DNA of 62,503 nt from an uncultured Eubacteriales bacterium. GTDB lineage: Bacteria > Bacillota_I > Bacilli_A > RFN20 > UBA1709. Numbering within the stretch: position 1 is the first letter of the stretch; each line of letters begins with the position of its first letter. The stretch spans positions 1 through 62,503 of the forward strand of contig CAYIYR010000006.1 in the NCBI GenBank assembly GCA_964367815.1, given 5' to 3'. Position numbers and translations under genes: made by a program. Shown here in pieces: positions 62,030 to 62,503 of this stretch. The notes beneath the pieces are model-generated. The model made no database searches. It had not been told where the DNA came from and saw nothing but the letters and a program-made list of their open reading frames with translations.

Positions 62030-62046
62030 GTATATTCTAGGCCTCC

Positions 62047-62386
62047 CTAAATGGGAGGCTTTTTGTATTCATTCTTTTTCTTGTAATAGTCCCATATTGC
62101 AAATGCTGCCGTTACGATTTGACCAATACAAGTTGCAATGGCTGCAACCATCATGCCCCATTTAAATAAGAATATAATAATAGGATCTAGGATTATGTTA
62201 AGCATGGCTCCGGCAAGGGTTGAAACCATTGTAAAGCGTGGATTACCGTCTGTACGAATAACCGGGTTCATTGCTTGTCTAAAGAGATAGAAGGGAATTC
62301 CCAACGTTATAAATATCTTTCTTTCCTAGGATAATGCTGACAAAAGCACAGCAGCCATCACCAATCATTACAGCTAAGGTTAGAGC
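62047..62386 (-). pseudogene. MATE efflux transporter remnant (two out-of-frame internal fragments)
   Basis: Fragment 1 (~62316-62386) ALTLAVMIGDGCCAFVSIILGKKD; fragment 2 GIPFYLF..MNPVIRTDGNP..NIILDPIII..WGM..AAIAT.IGQ; no start and no C-terminal half. Confidence 0.8.
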
Positions 62387-62472
62387 AAAAAAAGCGTAAA
62401 ACCGTTAATCCGGATTTACGCTTTTTGCTACTCGACTACTTTTATGTGTGATGCTACCTATTTTAATACAAA

Positions 62473-62501
62473 TTAGCACCCCATGAATTTTTTTAGCACC
62501 C
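62473..62501. repeat. Direct repeat TTAGCACCC x2 (20-bp period), resembling an integrase arm-type site
   Basis: Copies at 62473-62481 and 62493-62501 at the window edge. Confidence 0.35.
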
Positions 62502-62503
62502 TT

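Noticed and set aside
1-62503. Intact IS, prophage, integrase or rRNA genes; genetic code 4
   Set aside because: No transposase, integrase, phage or rRNA signatures; long ORFs are intact under code 11 with Trp as TGG.

Overview
A low-GC chromosomal segment of a Bacillota (Bacilli-like) anaerobe that uses the standard code (TGA = stop). Gene order resembles Bacillus: truB-ribF-rpsO-pnp; sua5-rpiB-glyA-upp; yhaM-prsA-yjcZ-hit; sufCDSUB. It is mostly housekeeping: class I aldolase, purine and uracil permeases behind a guanine riboswitch, peptidases, a complete Na+-type V-ATPase (ntp) operon, PPDK and the suf operon. Both ends look like decayed accessory islets: the left end has the 3' end of tRNA-Ala or tmRNA, short direct repeats and a truncated kinase/GNAT junction; the right end has a broken MATE gene and direct repeats. 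The most unusual gene lies between ribF and rpsO. It joins two N-terminal transmembrane helices, a 16x (V-E-E-T-P-A/V) acidic tether and a family-1 uracil-DNA glycosylase fold that has lost its catalytic residues (GQDPY->GKIPF, HPSPLS->NPSPLS) but keeps the uracil pocket and Leu loop. Other points of interest: an ABC-ATPase + RloB/TOPRIM-like pair (candidate defence system), two Cys-rich YjcZ-family microproteins missing from the ORF track, a tandem pair of oversized PrsA-like lipoproteins, and a V-ATPase at the position where Bacilli normally carry the F-ATPase. All calls come from reading motifs by eye; no database searches were run.
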